From Alphaproteobacteria bacterium (GTDB lineage: Bacteria > Pseudomonadota > Alphaproteobacteria > Micavibrionales > UBA2020): 64,000 bases of DNA. Location: contig JAUXOC010000091.1 of the NCBI GenBank assembly GCA_030682495.1, positions 2,879 to 66,878 of the forward strand. Direction: 5' to 3'. The position numbers and the translations under genes are program-made. How positions within the stretch are numbered: position 1 is the first letter of the stretch; each line of letters starts with the position of its first letter. The notes under the pieces were generated by a model. It saw only the letters and a list, made by a program, of their open reading frames with translations, searched no databases and was not told where the DNA came from. Positions 1 to 10,556 of the stretch are shown in pieces.

Positions 1-1113
1 GGCAATCGTTTCCATGCCGTCCATCAGGCGTTTGGCCTCCGTCTCCAGCGCATCTTGCGCGGCGGATGTTGCCTTGGTCGTCAGACGTTTGCGCGGCTCG
101 CCGTCTTTGGTCAGGAAAACACCGGCGTAGTCCTGAAAAATTTCGACGCGGCTGTCGGGGTGCATGATCCAGGCTTTGATGATCTTGGCTTTTTCGAGAT
201 CGGTCGCGCTGCCGGCGGCCAGAATATCGGCGGCCTGTTTCAAGGCGGCCATATCGGGCGGCGTTGCAAGACCCGCTTCGCTGTTGAGCTGCGCCATCAT
301 GGTCTGCCCGTCGATGCCCTTGGGCGCGTTCATATGCGCGTAAACATTGTCGATGGTTTTTTCAAGCCCGCCCTGTTCACCGAAAATGGCGAGCAGCTGG
401 CCGCGACGATAGGTCAGCTCGCCGATCAGCGCGGCGAAATCGTCTTCGGAGACTTCGGGTGTGACCGCATGCACGGCACGGGCGAGCGGCGTGTTGGGTT
501 CGCGCTGGATGCGGCGCAAAATATCGGCCTGCGATTCACGCAGCATCTCGGCCGCCGTCTGGTCGTCCATGACATCAAAATAAGGCGGAATGCCGGATTC
601 GATGGGGAAGCGGCGTATCAGCGATTGCGAGAAAGAGTGGATGGTCTGGATTTTGAGGCCGCCATGCGCATCGAGGAATTCCGCAAACATCTGGCGCGCG
701 CGTTTTGTTGTTGCCTCGTCCGGTTTTTTGCCGCCCAGCTTGGCGAGTTTTTCTTCGAGTTTTTTATCATCGCAGGTTGCCCATACCGACAGCTCTTCGC
801 GGATGCGGTTGGTCATGACAGACGCGCCGGCCTTGGTGAAGGTCAGGCACAAAATCTGGTCGGGCGTTGCGCCCGAAAGCATCAGGCGCAGGACGCGGTC
901 GGTCAGCACTTTGGTCTTGCCCGTGCCCGCGCTGGCCGTAACCCAGACGCTGGAGAGCGGGTCGGAGGCTTTGCGCTGCGCGATATTTGGATCCGGCTTG
1001 CCTGATTTGGGCGCGCGCGGGGTTTTCGCCGCGGGCTGTTTTTCAGCAGGAGCAGCTTCGTGCAGCGGATCGTTGGCGGCGGGCGGGAATTTTTTCGGGT
1101 CGGGGCTTGTCAT
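1..1113 (-). CDS. addA: Double-strand break repair helicase/nuclease AddA, N-terminal 371 codons (truncated by window edge)
   Basis: Minus frame is open from ATG at 1113-1111 to position 1. It is absent from the ORF track because no stop lies in the window. My translation gives the UvrD-type Walker A 'SAGTGKTKVLTDRVLRL' and 'LCLTFTKAGASVM'. The start overlaps the addB stop (TAATG). Confidence 0.85.
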   Translation of the reverse strand, partial: MTSPDPKKFPPAANDPLHEAAPAEKQPAAKTPRAPKSGKPDPNIAQRKASDPLSSVWVTASAGTGKTKVLTDRVLRLMLSGATPDQILCLTFTKAGASVMTNRIREELSVWATCDDKKLEEKLAKLGGKKPDEATTKRARQMFAEFLDAHGGLKIQTIHSFSQSLIRRFPIESGIPPYFDVMDDQTAAEMLRESQADILRRIQREPNTPLARAVHAVTPEVSEDDFAALIGELTYRRGQLLAIFGEQGGLEKTIDNVYAHMNAPKGIDGQTMMAQLNSEAGLATPPDMAALKQAADILAAGSATDLEKAKIIKAWIMHPDSRVEIFQDYAGVFLTKDGEPRKRLTTKATSAAQDALETEAKRLMDGMETIA

Positions 1114-4100
1114 TATTTTTGGCCTCCCTTGCCGCCGGGCGTATTGCCGCCTGCGGTGCCGCGGCGGCGCTGCGTGGTTTTGCGCGGCTGCTTTTTGTTA
1201 TTGGTCTTGCTGACCGTGCCCCATTCGCCGCTGCGCGACAGATGTTCGTAGTTCTGATAGCGCGGCGCCCATTCGGGGCGCGGGTTGGACAGATAGGGCG
1301 TTTTCGGGTCGTTGAAAGCTTTCATCAGGTTTTCGATACCTTCGCGCGCTTCACCGACCAGTTTTTTGACATCGCCGCGCACTTCGGTCACTTCGGCAGC
1401 CGGACGCCCGCCCGACAGTTTCCAGTATTGCAGCGAGCCGACATCACCCGCATCGATGCCCTTGAAGCCGCCGGTGAAGGCGATCAGCGCCTCCAGCGTC
1501 AACTGGGGCGAGAAGCCAAGCCCGACCGCTTTTTGCAGCGGGACGGAGCCGGTTTTGTAATCGATAATCTGCAATTGGTCTTCGGAATCGCGGTCGATAC
1601 GGTCGGCAATGGCGGTCAGCGTAAAGACATCGCCGTTACCAAGATCGATTTCGAGCTTGCCATTCACTTCGGCGCCGACGGTGCGGCAAAGTTCGCGCCG
1701 CTCGCTTTCGAATTTCACAAACCATTTGGCGATACGTTCAAACCGCGGCCACCAGAAAGACTGCACCGTCGGGTTATTCATGCGGGCCTTGAAGGTTTCT
1801 TCACCGATTTTGAGAAGTTCTTCCAGCGCATTGTCGGGCAGCTTATCGGGATATTTTTTGACGAATTCATCCAGCGCATCATGCGTAAAAATCCCTTTTT
1901 CCGAGACGCTGGGGCTGGCATCCAGCGGGTCGCGCGGGCGGATTTTCAGGACATATTTCGCATAGACGGTATAGGGGTCGCGCATCAGCGATTCAACCGC
2001 GGTCACCGGCAGTTTTTTCGGACGCGCCGAAACGGGCGGCGTCGGGGCGGGCGGGTCGATGGGCGTGACTTCGGCCGGCGTGTGCATGGCGGCGTGAATG
2101 TCGCGCAGCTGGTCACGGCTTTCAATCGCGCTTTCGATGCCTGCGCCTTTGAGTACCATCATCAGGCGCGTCAAAAACGGCGAAGACACGGTCGGCGCAT
2201 CGCCGCTGCGGACGCTGCGCGAGAGCAGCACGTTGGGGTTGGATGCCATTTGCACAAACTGGTGCGCGCCGCGGCCAATGCTTTCTTCCGCTTCGCGCAG
2301 GCCGAGTTTTTTGATCATATCGGGCGACAGCCACGGATTTTCCGCAGCCTTGCGCGGCCAGACATCATCGTTGATGCCGCCGATGATGACAACATCGGCT
2401 TTTTGCAGCACGGCCTGTTCGGGTGTGACGATCTTCATCTGCGGATGCGGGCGGCTGGTCGGCTGCACCGTGACGTCGCGCATCAGTCCTTGCAGAACAT
2501 CCACATAATCGCGGCCCGTCACATCGGGCAGGCGCGCGGCGGCGTCTTTGAGCTGGGTCAGAAAACGCGCGGCTTTCACGCCATCGTCGCCGCGCCAGAT
2601 GCGGTCGGCACCTTTTTTCTTGCCCTCTTCGGCCAGTGCCTCGGCAAAGCGGATATGCGCGTCGAGATATTGCGCGAAGGGCTGCGGCTTGCCAGCCGCG
2701 ACCATATCAAAGAAAGATTTTCCGGCGGCATCGATGCGGTCAACAAAGGCCGTCAGTTCGGCCTGTTTCGCGGCAAGTTCTTCGGCGCTGAGGGTCTGAT
2801 CGGGGCGGCGTGACTGGCGGTTGAAAGCGGCAGCGAGCATGTTCTTGATGCCCTCCGCACCGGCACCGGGGCGCGGGCCATGCAGCACCATGTCTTCGAT
2901 GGCGGCGAGTTTTTCACGGAAATCGGCTTTGCTTTCGCCGAGCGTGGCGAGCGGATGTTTGAGCGCTTCGAGCAGCGGCACGGGCGACCATTCCTCGGTT
3001 GCCATATGGGCGGAGGCAAGCAGGTAGACACCCGCCGAGGTATCGGCCAGCGACAAGCCCGCGCCGTCATCGACGTTAATATCCCAATATTTCAAACGTG
3101 CCGAGACGCGGCGCGCGAGGGAGCGGTCGGCAGTGACCAGCATGGCGGTGCGCCCCTGCGCTTCCAGTGTTTCACGCATTTTAAGGGCGATGACGCTGGC
3201 TTCTTCCTGCGGGGAGCCGCAGGTGACGAGATCCATACCGTTCAGCGCGGCGGGGCTGATGGTTTTGTCGTCATTGGCCGGTGCGGAGAGCTTGGCGGCG
3301 CGGCTTTGCGATTTTTTCTGTGCTTTCAGATGGCTCCAGCCTTCGGCGGTGCCGGCGGGGCGCATGGCTTCGCGCAACAGTTTTTGCCGCTCCCGCGACG
3401 TCAATGCGGGGTCGTTGGCGCGGGCGTGCTGCGGCACACTGGGCGCGCCTTCGAGCGTTTTGATATCTTTGCGGCTCGCCTCCATCGCGGCGAGGATTTT
3501 TTTGAAAGCATATTGCGGATGCACGCTGGTCATGACGTCCCAGCTTTTATCATCCAGCCCCAGATCGACGCCCGGCAAAACCACCGCGCCGCCCGGCGTG
3601 CCGATCACGGCCTTGAGCAGGCTGAGCGTGGCCGGATCGGTATCGGAAAAACCGACGGCGATCACAGGCTTTTTCGGCGGTGACATCTGCCAATGCGCAG
3701 CCTGAATCTGGATCAGCGCATTGCGGTGTTCTTCAGGGTCGACCTGCCCCATTTCCTGCAATTTTTTCGGCCAGACATCGGTGATGATTTTCAAAAACTC
3801 GGCGGTTGCGCCCCATTGTTTTTTGAATTCGGGCGGCACAAGACGGTCGATATCGCGCAGCTGGATATTGTTGGATTGCAGTTCATCGAGGAAATTGCCG
3901 AGCTCTCCGCCCAGCTTCACCGCTTTTTGCAGCGACGAGGCCATGCCGGGAATTTTCATGATTTCGGTTGCCAAAATCAGCTGGCGTTCCAGACGTGTCA
4001 CCGGCGGCGGAATGTCCATCAGCGCCTGTGACAGCACCTGATTGTCGGCCATCCGCAAGGACAGGTAACCGTCATCGATATCGCCGGGCGCATCGATGCG

Positions 4101-4343
4101 CGGCATGATACCGGGACGTCCGCCCAGCTGCTCCATAAACGCCTGTTTCAGTTGAAAGCCGGTATCACGGTTGGGCACCAGAATGGTGAGATCAGACAGC
4201 CGCAGCGGGTCATCACCCAAACGCGCCAGCACCCCGCGCGCAACGGCAGATAAAAACGGCTGGTCGGGCGCGACGGTATAAACGCCTGCGGCATCGCTGC
4301 GCTTGTGCGGGGCGTGATCGCCTGCGGCGGGACGGTCGGTCAT
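1113..4343 (-). CDS. addB: Double-strand break repair protein AddB (alphaproteobacterial type)
   Basis: 1076-aa ORF immediately upstream of addA and overlapping it. C-terminal PD-(D/E)XK-like nuclease motif 'QIIDYKTG'. Size and addB-addA order match alphaproteobacterial AddAB. Confidence 0.8.
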   Translation of the reverse strand: MTDRPAAGDHAPHKRSDAAGVYTVAPDQPFLSAVARGVLARLGDDPLRLSDLTILVPNRDTGFQLKQAFMEQLGGRPGIMPRIDAPGDIDDGYLSLRMADNQVLSQALMDIPPPVTRLERQLILATEIMKIPGMASSLQKAVKLGGELGNFLDELQSNNIQLRDIDRLVPPEFKKQWGATAEFLKIITDVWPKKLQEMGQVDPEEHRNALIQIQAAHWQMSPPKKPVIAVGFSDTDPATLSLLKAVIGTPGGAVVLPGVDLGLDDKSWDVMTSVHPQYAFKKILAAMEASRKDIKTLEGAPSVPQHARANDPALTSRERQKLLREAMRPAGTAEGWSHLKAQKKSQSRAAKLSAPANDDKTISPAALNGMDLVTCGSPQEEASVIALKMRETLEAQGRTAMLVTADRSLARRVSARLKYWDINVDDGAGLSLADTSAGVYLLASAHMATEEWSPVPLLEALKHPLATLGESKADFREKLAAIEDMVLHGPRPGAGAEGIKNMLAAAFNRQSRRPDQTLSAEELAAKQAELTAFVDRIDAAGKSFFDMVAAGKPQPFAQYLDAHIRFAEALAEEGKKKGADRIWRGDDGVKAARFLTQLKDAAARLPDVTGRDYVDVLQGLMRDVTVQPTSRPHPQMKIVTPEQAVLQKADVVIIGGINDDVWPRKAAENPWLSPDMIKKLGLREAEESIGRGAHQFVQMASNPNVLLSRSVRSGDAPTVSSPFLTRLMMVLKGAGIESAIESRDQLRDIHAAMHTPAEVTPIDPPAPTPPVSARPKKLPVTAVESLMRDPYTVYAKYVLKIRPRDPLDASPSVSEKGIFTHDALDEFVKKYPDKLPDNALEELLKIGEETFKARMNNPTVQSFWWPRFERIAKWFVKFESERRELCRTVGAEVNGKLEIDLGNGDVFTLTAIADRIDRDSEDQLQIIDYKTGSVPLQKAVGLGFSPQLTLEALIAFTGGFKGIDAGDVGSLQYWKLSGGRPAAEVTEVRGDVKKLVGEAREGIENLMKAFNDPKTPYLSNPRPEWAPRYQNYEHLSRSGEWGTVSKTNNKKQPRKTTQRRRGTAGGNTPGGKGGQK

Positions 4344-4834
4344 AGACGTGCCTTTCGATTCTGCGGCCGCGTGCCGCTCGGTTCTGCGGTGTTTAAACCG
4401 CGAAAGCTGTCGAATCCGGATGTTTGTTGTTGGTAGCCATAATTACAACGAAATCCGGCGGGAGTATACGGCTAATCCCCGCGCGCATAGACCGCGCGCC
4501 GCTGAACCAGCCGGATATTCCGGCACACTCTCCAGCCGGTTTTTCCGGCCCGCTTTTGGACGTCTTTTTGATTGTTGAATGCCAGCCTAAAGACTGCATA
4601 TGAAAAGTCAAGCGGCGATCTGGCCGCCCGCGCCATCTCCCCCATCGGACGAAAAGGCGTTTAGTCCTATTTTTATGCGCCATTAGAACGGTTTATTGTT
4701 TATTTCCCGCCGCCGCGTCTGGACGGAAGGGCTTATGGGCGATATGTTTCTATATCTAATGTATATCCCACCGCACCGCTGCGGGGCGGATATACCCTGT
4801 CCCCGCACCGTGGCCACAACAGATCGTATTTGTT

Positions 4835-5215
4835 ATGTCAAATAAAGCGCGCCCCCTTTCCCCTCACCTCCAGATTTACCGCTGGCAGCTGACCATGTTT
4901 CTGTCCATCTTGCACCGCGCGACCGGTTTTGGTCTGGCGCTGGGTGCGCCGCTGGCGGTCTGGTGGCTGATGGCGGCGCTGAACGGCCCGCGGCATTTTG
5001 ACCGTTTCCACGATTTCAGCCATAGCCTGATCGGGCAGCTGATGCTTTTCGGCTGGCTGTTTTCACTGATCTTTCATTTTCTGAACGGGCTGCGCCATCT
5101 GGTTTGGGATACCGGCCGCTGGCTGGGGCTGAAAGCCGCCTTTGCCAGTGGCTATGCCGCTTTGATCGGCGCGGCGGTCATCACCACCGCCCTTTGGTTC
5201 TACGCAGGGACATAA
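4835..5215 (+). CDS. sdhC: Succinate dehydrogenase cytochrome b556 subunit
   Basis: 126 aa, three hydrophobic helices, N-terminal 'RPLSPHLQIYRW' motif, first gene of sdhCDAB order. Confidence 0.9.
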   Translation: MSNKARPLSPHLQIYRWQLTMFLSILHRATGFGLALGAPLAVWWLMAALNGPRHFDRFHDFSHSLIGQLMLFGWLFSLIFHFLNGLRHLVWDTGRWLGLKAAFASGYAALIGAAVITTALWFYAGT

Positions 5216-5218
5216 ACC

Positions 5219-5626
5219 ATGACCGTACAAAAAGATTCTTCCATCCGCACCCCGCTTGGCCGCGCGCGCGGTCTGGGTTCTGCCAAAGACGGCACGCATC
5301 ACTGGTGGGTGCAGCGCGTCTCGGCCATTGCGATGATCCCCTCTATGATTTATCTGCTGGTGCAATTGCCGCGGCTGGCCGAACATGACCACGGGGCTTT
5401 CGTCTACTGGCTGCAGCAACCGTTTCCGGCGCTGGCACTGGCGTTGTTTATCGCCGCCGCTTTTTATCACGCCGCGCTGGGTGTGCAGGTCATCATCGAG
5501 GATTATATTCATGGCGAGGGACGAAAAATTGCCCTGTTGCTTTTGAACAAGTTTTCGTTCCTGTTTTTGGGCATCGCCGCGATCTATGCGCTTGTCCGTC
5601 TTCATTTCGGCATCAACGTCGGGTAA
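5219..5626 (+). CDS. sdhD: Succinate dehydrogenase hydrophobic membrane anchor subunit
   Basis: 135 aa membrane protein starting 3 nt after sdhC and lying before sdhA. 'GTHHWWVQRVSA' is typical of SdhD. Confidence 0.88.
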   Translation: MTVQKDSSIRTPLGRARGLGSAKDGTHHWWVQRVSAIAMIPSMIYLLVQLPRLAEHDHGAFVYWLQQPFPALALALFIAAAFYHAALGVQVIIEDYIHGEGRKIALLLLNKFSFLFLGIAAIYALVRLHFGINVG

Positions 5627-5632
5627 ACCATC

Positions 5633-7423
5633 ATGCAGCAATCCTATCCCATCATCGAACATGAATATGACGTCGTTGTCGTCGGCGCCGGCGGCGCGGG
5701 ACTGCGCGCCACTTTCGGCATGGCTGAAAAAGGGCTGAAAACCGCCTGCATCACCAAAGTTTTCCCCACGCGCAGCCATACAGTCGCGGCGCAGGGCGGT
5801 ATTTCCGCCGCGCTCGGCAATAACGGCGAAGACGACTGGCGCTGGCATATGTACGATACCGTCAAGGGGTCGGACTGGCTGGGCGATCAGGACGCCATCG
5901 AATACATGTGCCGCGAAGCCATTCCGGCGGTGATCGAGCTGGAACACTACGGCATGCCGTTCAGCCGCACCTCCGAAGGCAAGATTTACCAGCGCGCCTT
6001 TGGCGGTATGACGACGCACTTCGGTGAAGGCACGGCACGCCGCACCTGCGCCGCCGCCGACCGCACAGGTCACGCGATGCTGCACACGCTCTATCAGCAA
6101 AGCCTGAAACACAAAGCAGAGTTTTTCATCGAATACTTCGCGCTCGACCTCATCATGGACGATGAAGGCGCCTGCCGCGGCGTCATGGCGTGGAATCTGG
6201 CCGACGGCACGATCCACCGTTTCCGCGCGCACAAAGTCGTGCTGGCAACGGGCGGTTATGGCCGCGCCTATTTCTCCTGCACCTCTGCCCATACCTGCAC
6301 GGGCGACGGCAATGCGATGGTTTTGCGCGCCGGTTTGCCGCTGCAGGACATGGAATTTATCCAGTTTCACCCGACCGGCATTTACGGCGCGGGCTGCCTG
6401 ATTACCGAAGGTGTGCGCGGCGAAGGCGGATACCTGACCAATAGCGCGGGCGAGCGTTTCATGGAACGCTATGCACCTTCGGCCAAAGATCTTGCCTCGC
6501 GCGATGTCGTGTCACGCTCGATGACCATCGAAATCCGCGAAGGGCGCGGCGTGGGCGAGAACGCCGATCATATCCATCTGCATCTTGAACACCTCGACCC
6601 TGCCATCATCCGCGAACGCCTGCCCGGCATTGCGGAGACGGCCAAAATCTTCTCGAACGTCGATGTGACCAAAGAGCCCATCCCCGTTTTGCCGACCGTA
6701 CATTACAACATGGGCGGGATCCCGACCAATGTGCATACCGAGGTTGTGAACCCGAGCAAGGACGACCCCGACCGTATTGTCTCCGGCCTGATGGCTGTGG
6801 GCGAAGCGGCCTGCGTATCGGTGCATGGTGCGAACCGTCTGGGTTCCAACTCTTTGCTTGACCTTGTCGTCTTTGGCCGTGCCGCCGCTATTCAGGCTGC
6901 CAAGACCGTCACATCCGGCGCGGCGCATAAACGCCTGCCTGCCGATGCGGGATATAATGCGCTGGAACGCCTTGACCGCCTGCGTCATGCCAACGGCGGC
7001 ACACGCACCGCCGATATGCGCCTGACCATGCAAAAAACGATGCAGGAACATTGCGCCGTCTTCCGCACATCGGACAGCCTGAAGGAAGGCATGGGCAAGA
7101 TGAACAAGATTTTCGCCGGACGCGGCGATGTCGGCGTTTCCGACCGCTCGATGATCTGGAATTCCGACCTTGTGGAGACGCTGGAGCTGGACAACCTGAT
7201 GTATCAGGCCGTCGCCTCGATCACCTCGGCCGAGAACCGCCATGAATCGCGCGGCGCGCATGCGCACGAAGACTTCCCGAACCGCGACGACAAGGAATGG
7301 ATGAAGCACACCGTCATCACCGTGGACGATAAAGGCAAGACCAACATCGGTTACCGCCCCGTGCATCTGCGCACCTTGTCGAACGACGTCGAAGTCATCG
7401 CACCCAAAGCCCGCGTGTATTAA
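5633..7423 (+). CDS. sdhA: Succinate dehydrogenase flavoprotein subunit
   Basis: 596 aa. FAD fold '[13 protein letters not shown]', covalent-FAD His context '[10 protein letters not shown]', 'HPTG', C-terminal '[10 protein letters not shown]'. Confidence 0.98.
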   Translation: MQQSYPIIEHEYDVVVVGAGGAGLRATFGMAEKGLKTACITKVFPTRSHTVAAQGGISAALGNNGEDDWRWHMYDTVKGSDWLGDQDAIEYMCREAIPAVIELEHYGMPFSRTSEGKIYQRAFGGMTTHFGEGTARRTCAAADRTGHAMLHTLYQQSLKHKAEFFIEYFALDLIMDDEGACRGVMAWNLADGTIHRFRAHKVVLATGGYGRAYFSCTSAHTCTGDGNAMVLRAGLPLQDMEFIQFHPTGIYGAGCLITEGVRGEGGYLTNSAGERFMERYAPSAKDLASRDVVSRSMTIEIREGRGVGENADHIHLHLEHLDPAIIRERLPGIAETAKIFSNVDVTKEPIPVLPTVHYNMGGIPTNVHTEVVNPSKDDPDRIVSGLMAVGEAACVSVHGANRLGSNSLLDLVVFGRAAAIQAAKTVTSGAAHKRLPADAGYNALERLDRLRHANGGTRTADMRLTMQKTMQEHCAVFRTSDSLKEGMGKMNKIFAGRGDVGVSDRSMIWNSDLVETLELDNLMYQAVASITSAENRHESRGAHAHEDFPNRDDKEWMKHTVITVDDKGKTNIGYRPVHLRTLSNDVEVIAPKARVY

Positions 7424-7443
7424 GAAGCGGAGAGGAAAATATC

Positions 7444-8241
7444 ATGGCCAAATTCGCCCTGCCAAAAAATTCCAAGGTCAAGGAAGGCAAAAAGCACCCC
7501 GCCCCTGCGGATGCCAAGAGCCCGCGCACCTTTAAGGTTTATCGCTGGAGCCCTGACGATGCCGAGAACCCGCGCGTGGACAGCTATGAAATTGATCTTA
7601 GCAAATGCGGGCCGATGGTGCTGGATGCGCTGATCCATATCAAAAACGATGTGGATGCCTCGCTGACTTTCCGCCGCAGCTGCCGCGAAGGGGTTTGCGG
7701 GTCTTGCGCCATGAACATCGACGGCAAAAACACACTGGCCTGCACCATGGCGATTGATGATTGCCGCACCGGCGACGTCAATGTCAGCCCGCTGCCGCAT
7801 ATGCCGGTGATGAAAGATCTTGTCCCCGATCTGACCCATGTTTATGCGCAATACGCGACGATTGAGCCGTGGCTGAAAACCGAAAGCCCGCCGCCCAGCC
7901 GCGAATATCTGCAATCATCCGAAGACGCCAACAAATTGAACGGCGAAGACGGGCACGGCCCCGCCGCCTGCATTTTGTGTTTTTGCTGCTCGACGGCCTG
8001 CCCGAGTTACTGGTGGAATGGCGACCGTTTCCTCGGCCCTGCCATCTTGCTGCAAGCTTACCGCTGGCTGGACGACACGCGCGACGAAGCCGCGGGCGAG
8101 CGGCTGGATCAGCTGGAAGATCCCTTCCGTCTGTACCGCTGCCACACCATCATGAACTGCACCAATACCTGCCCCAAGGGTCTCAACCCCGCCAAGGCGA
8201 TTGCCGAGATCAAAAAACTGATGATCCAGCGCCGCGTCTAG
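7444..8241 (+). CDS. sdhB: Succinate dehydrogenase iron-sulfur subunit
   Basis: 265 aa with three Cys clusters: '[15 protein letters not shown]', '[16 protein letters not shown]', '[15 protein letters not shown]'. Confidence 0.98.
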   Translation: MAKFALPKNSKVKEGKKHPAPADAKSPRTFKVYRWSPDDAENPRVDSYEIDLSKCGPMVLDALIHIKNDVDASLTFRRSCREGVCGSCAMNIDGKNTLACTMAIDDCRTGDVNVSPLPHMPVMKDLVPDLTHVYAQYATIEPWLKTESPPPSREYLQSSEDANKLNGEDGHGPAACILCFCCSTACPSYWWNGDRFLGPAILLQAYRWLDDTRDEAAGERLDQLEDPFRLYRCHTIMNCTNTCPKGLNPAKAIAEIKKLMIQRRV

Positions 8242-8265
8242 GCGCGAACGCCTACCCAAACAACC

Positions 8266-8296
8266 AAAAGCCCCGCGGTATGCGGGGCTTTTTTGT
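8266..8296. terminator. Bidirectional Rho-independent terminator between sdhB and the convergent gene ending at 8318
   Basis: Stem agccccgc (8269-8276) pairs with gcggggct (8282-8289) around a 5-nt loop. An A-run lies upstream and tttttt downstream, so a hairpin plus U-tract reads on either strand. Confidence 0.65.
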
Positions 8297-8317
8297 TCTC
8301 TCCTTGGAGAGCTGTAT

Positions 8318-8776
8318 TTATTGCGGGCGGCGTATGGCGGGTTTTTGCAGCTGGGGCGGCTCTTCGGGCGCGAGGCGTTCTTCTATTTTCGATAGCCTGT
8401 TTTCAATCGCAGAGAGGCGCGCTGTCACCTCGGAGAACATCTGCATCAGCCTGTCGGGCGACGGCGGCGTCAGCGCGGCGGGCGCGATGTAATCTTCCGC
8501 AAGCTGTTCCAGCGCGCAGAGCTTGTAGCCTTTCGCCTCATCGTCTTCGCCCAGATAATAAATGCGCTGGTTTTTAAGCACGATGCCGTTTGCGGTGCAT
8601 TCTTCAAGGCTTTGTACCTTCTTGACGTCATTCGCCCAGATAAATCCCAGAGCGAACAGGCGCTGCTGCACATAGGTGGCCTGTTTTTCCGTTTCGGGCA
8701 GAAACAAAAGCGTGTTTTGCGCTGCCATCTCGCGCGTCACTTTTTCGTATGTCTTTTCAAAGAGCAACTTGGGCAT
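8318..8776 (-). CDS. Hypothetical protein Y, short paralog of the upstream gene (one copy of a ~75-aa module plus coiled basic tail)
   Basis: The track ORF 8318-9115 overlaps the upstream gene, so I chose the internal ATG at 8776 (MPKLLFEKTYEK...), 10 nt after the upstream stop. It shares module and tail architecture with the 8787-9518 product. Confidence 0.6.
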   Translation of the reverse strand: MPKLLFEKTYEKVTREMAAQNTLLFLPETEKQATYVQQRLFALGFIWANDVKKVQSLEECTANGIVLKNQRIYYLGEDDEAKGYKLCALEQLAEDYIAPAALTPPSPDRLMQMFSEVTARLSAIENRLSKIEERLAPEEPPQLQKPAIRRPQ

Positions 8777-8786
8777 AGCGCATTCC

Positions 8787-9518
8787 TCAGCGCGGGCGGC
8801 GCACGGCGGGTTTGCCGCCGGCGGGGGTTTTGGGAATATCCTGCGGCAGGATTTCCTGTTCCAGCTGTGCAATGCGCTGTGCCATCTGTTCCATGCGCGC
8901 GGCCATATCGTTAAAAACGGCCACCATCGTGACTTGTTCGGCGCTGAGCGCAGCGCGGGCGAAAACGCCGATATCGGCGGCGCTGCATATTTCGGCACAG
9001 CGCAGGTCGTCCGGTGTCGGCGCAAAACGGATGATGCCTTCATGCACAGCAATCCCCTGCATCGCGGCGCGCGTGACGGGCACAGAAAAGCCCTCGCCGC
9101 TGCTTTCAATTTCAAGGCCGCCGGATTTAAGCACGGAGAGCACGCCGCGCGCCTCGCTCAGCGTTTTGGGATAAAACACCATATGCCGCTGCGAAAATTC
9201 TTCGGCGGGGATGCGCCCCTGTCCCATATGATTATCGGCTATAAAGAACTGTTCGAACTGGTCAGACGAGCAGAGCACGCCATCTGCGCGGCGGCCGCCT
9301 GTCACCATGATCGTCTTGTCGGTATCGAGGTAAATACTGCCCTCGGCTGCTGCGACATTCATCTGGTCGCGATAGCCTTCGCTATAATAGCGAAAGCCGA
9401 GACGCAGGAACTGTTCGGCAACGAACTGCGCTTCCTCCACCGATTCCGGATGGAAGATCAGGCGGTCTTTGGTATTGCGGCAATAATCGCCGGTGATGGG
9501 CTGTACGTTTTGAACCAT
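8787..9518 (-). CDS. Hypothetical protein X (two copies of a ~75-aa module plus coiled basic tail)
   Basis: 243-aa ORF with normal composition. Internal duplication around 'LIFHPESVEEAQFVAEQFLRLGF' and 'MVFYPKTLSEARGVLSVLKSGGL'. No motif I recognise. Confidence 0.65.
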   Translation of the reverse strand: MVQNVQPITGDYCRNTKDRLIFHPESVEEAQFVAEQFLRLGFRYYSEGYRDQMNVAAAEGSIYLDTDKTIMVTGGRRADGVLCSSDQFEQFFIADNHMGQGRIPAEEFSQRHMVFYPKTLSEARGVLSVLKSGGLEIESSGEGFSVPVTRAAMQGIAVHEGIIRFAPTPDDLRCAEICSAADIGVFARAALSAEQVTMVAVFNDMAARMEQMAQRIAQLEQEILPQDIPKTPAGGKPAVRRPR

Positions 9519-9707
9519 GGCGGGTGAATCATCCGGTTTTGTTTATCATAATCTTTTAGAGGTTTCGAACGCTTATGTCAATCGCCCGTGCCTCCCGCAG
9601 CGCGAAAAATATCGTTCAAATTCAATGCAAAACCCGATAATGCCGATTTGCGGCTGACAGGCGGCGGTTTTTGCGGCAGTATTTCGGCCATGCACAAGGA
9701 TGATGCC

Positions 9708-10556
9708 ATGACCAGCAGCCATGCCGACAACGTCGCCCAGAGCGCCGCGAAAATCCGTACTGCCGCCGCTGGCCGCCGTCCGAGGATTGCGGTTATTCTC
9801 GGCTCCGGCCTCGGCGGGCTGGCCGACAGGCTCGAAAATGCCGTTTCCGTGCCCTATGCGGATTTGCCCGGTTTCCCCACCCTGACCGTACAGGGTCACA
9901 GCGGCGAGGTGATGATCGGCACATTGGGCGGCGCGGATGTGATCGCGCTCAAGGGCCGCAAGCATTTCTATGAAACCGATGATCCGACACCGCTGAAAAC
10001 CATGATCCGTGCCGTCAAGGCTGCGGGGGCGGAGATTTTGTTTATCTCGAACGCCGCAGGGTCTTTGCGCGCGGATATCAAAGTCAGCGAACTGATGATG
10101 ATCACCGACCATATCAATTTTATGGGTCTCAGCCCGCTGGCAGGGGCGAATGACGAAGAATTCGGCCCGCGTTTTGTGCCGATGAGCGATGCATGGGACA
10201 CCGGCCTTCAGCAGCAACTCCGCGCCGCCGCCCAAAAATCCGGCGCGCCGCTGCACGAAGGCGTCTATATGGCTTTTCGCGGCCCCACCTTTGAAACACC
10301 CGCCGAAATCCGCATGGCAATTGCGATGGGCGCGCAGGCCGTCGGCATGTCGAGCGTACCGGATTGCATCATCGCGCGCCACTGCGGTCTGCGGGTTGTG
10401 GGATGTTCGATGATTACCAATATGGGCGCAGGGCTATCGGATGAAAAACTGAGCCATGCGCATACGCTGGAGAACGCAGGCCGCGGCGCGGCGCATTTTG
10501 AAGCGCTGGTCGAAGCCTTTGTGCGCGAAGTGGCTGCGCAGGACGCGGCGGCATGA
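9708..10556 (+). CDS. Purine nucleoside phosphorylase (trimeric PNP / inosine-guanosine phosphorylase family)
   Basis: 'RIAVILGSGLGGLAD', 'LTVQGHSGE', 'GRKHFYE', 'MSSVPD' motifs. Start set at ATG 9708 (MTSSHADN), preceded by aagga. ATG 9690 and the track start 9588 are alternatives. Confidence 0.85.
   Translation: MTSSHADNVAQSAAKIRTAAAGRRPRIAVILGSGLGGLADRLENAVSVPYADLPGFPTLTVQGHSGEVMIGTLGGADVIALKGRKHFYETDDPTPLKTMIRAVKAAGAEILFISNAAGSLRADIKVSELMMITDHINFMGLSPLAGANDEEFGPRFVPMSDAWDTGLQQQLRAAAQKSGAPLHEGVYMAFRGPTFETPAEIRMAIAMGAQAVGMSSVPDCIIARHCGLRVVGCSMITNMGAGLSDEKLSHAHTLENAGRGAAHFEALVEAFVREVAAQDAAA

Noticed and set aside
55-2813. Long plus-strand ORFs (55-1005, 590-1213, 987-2813) overlapping addA and addB
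   Set aside because: They are antisense shadow frames of well-supported minus-strand genes. Their translations are Arg/Ala/Gly-rich low-complexity strings with no motifs, which is typical of GC-rich genomes.
4416-4458. Imperfect hairpin (ccggat...atccgg with inner tttgttgt/acaacgaaa pairing) in the addB-sdhC spacer as a possible sRNA or riboswitch
   Set aside because: It is short and imperfect, has no flanking U-tract or known motif, and no conserved riboswitch is expected upstream of sdhC. It is indistinguishable from chance structure.
8777-9115. N-terminal 113-residue extension of the 8318-9115 ORF
   Set aside because: It overlaps the 3' part of the upstream gene (8787-9518) in another frame and translates to Arg/Pro/Cys-rich junk. 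The internal ATG at 8776 lies just after the upstream stop.
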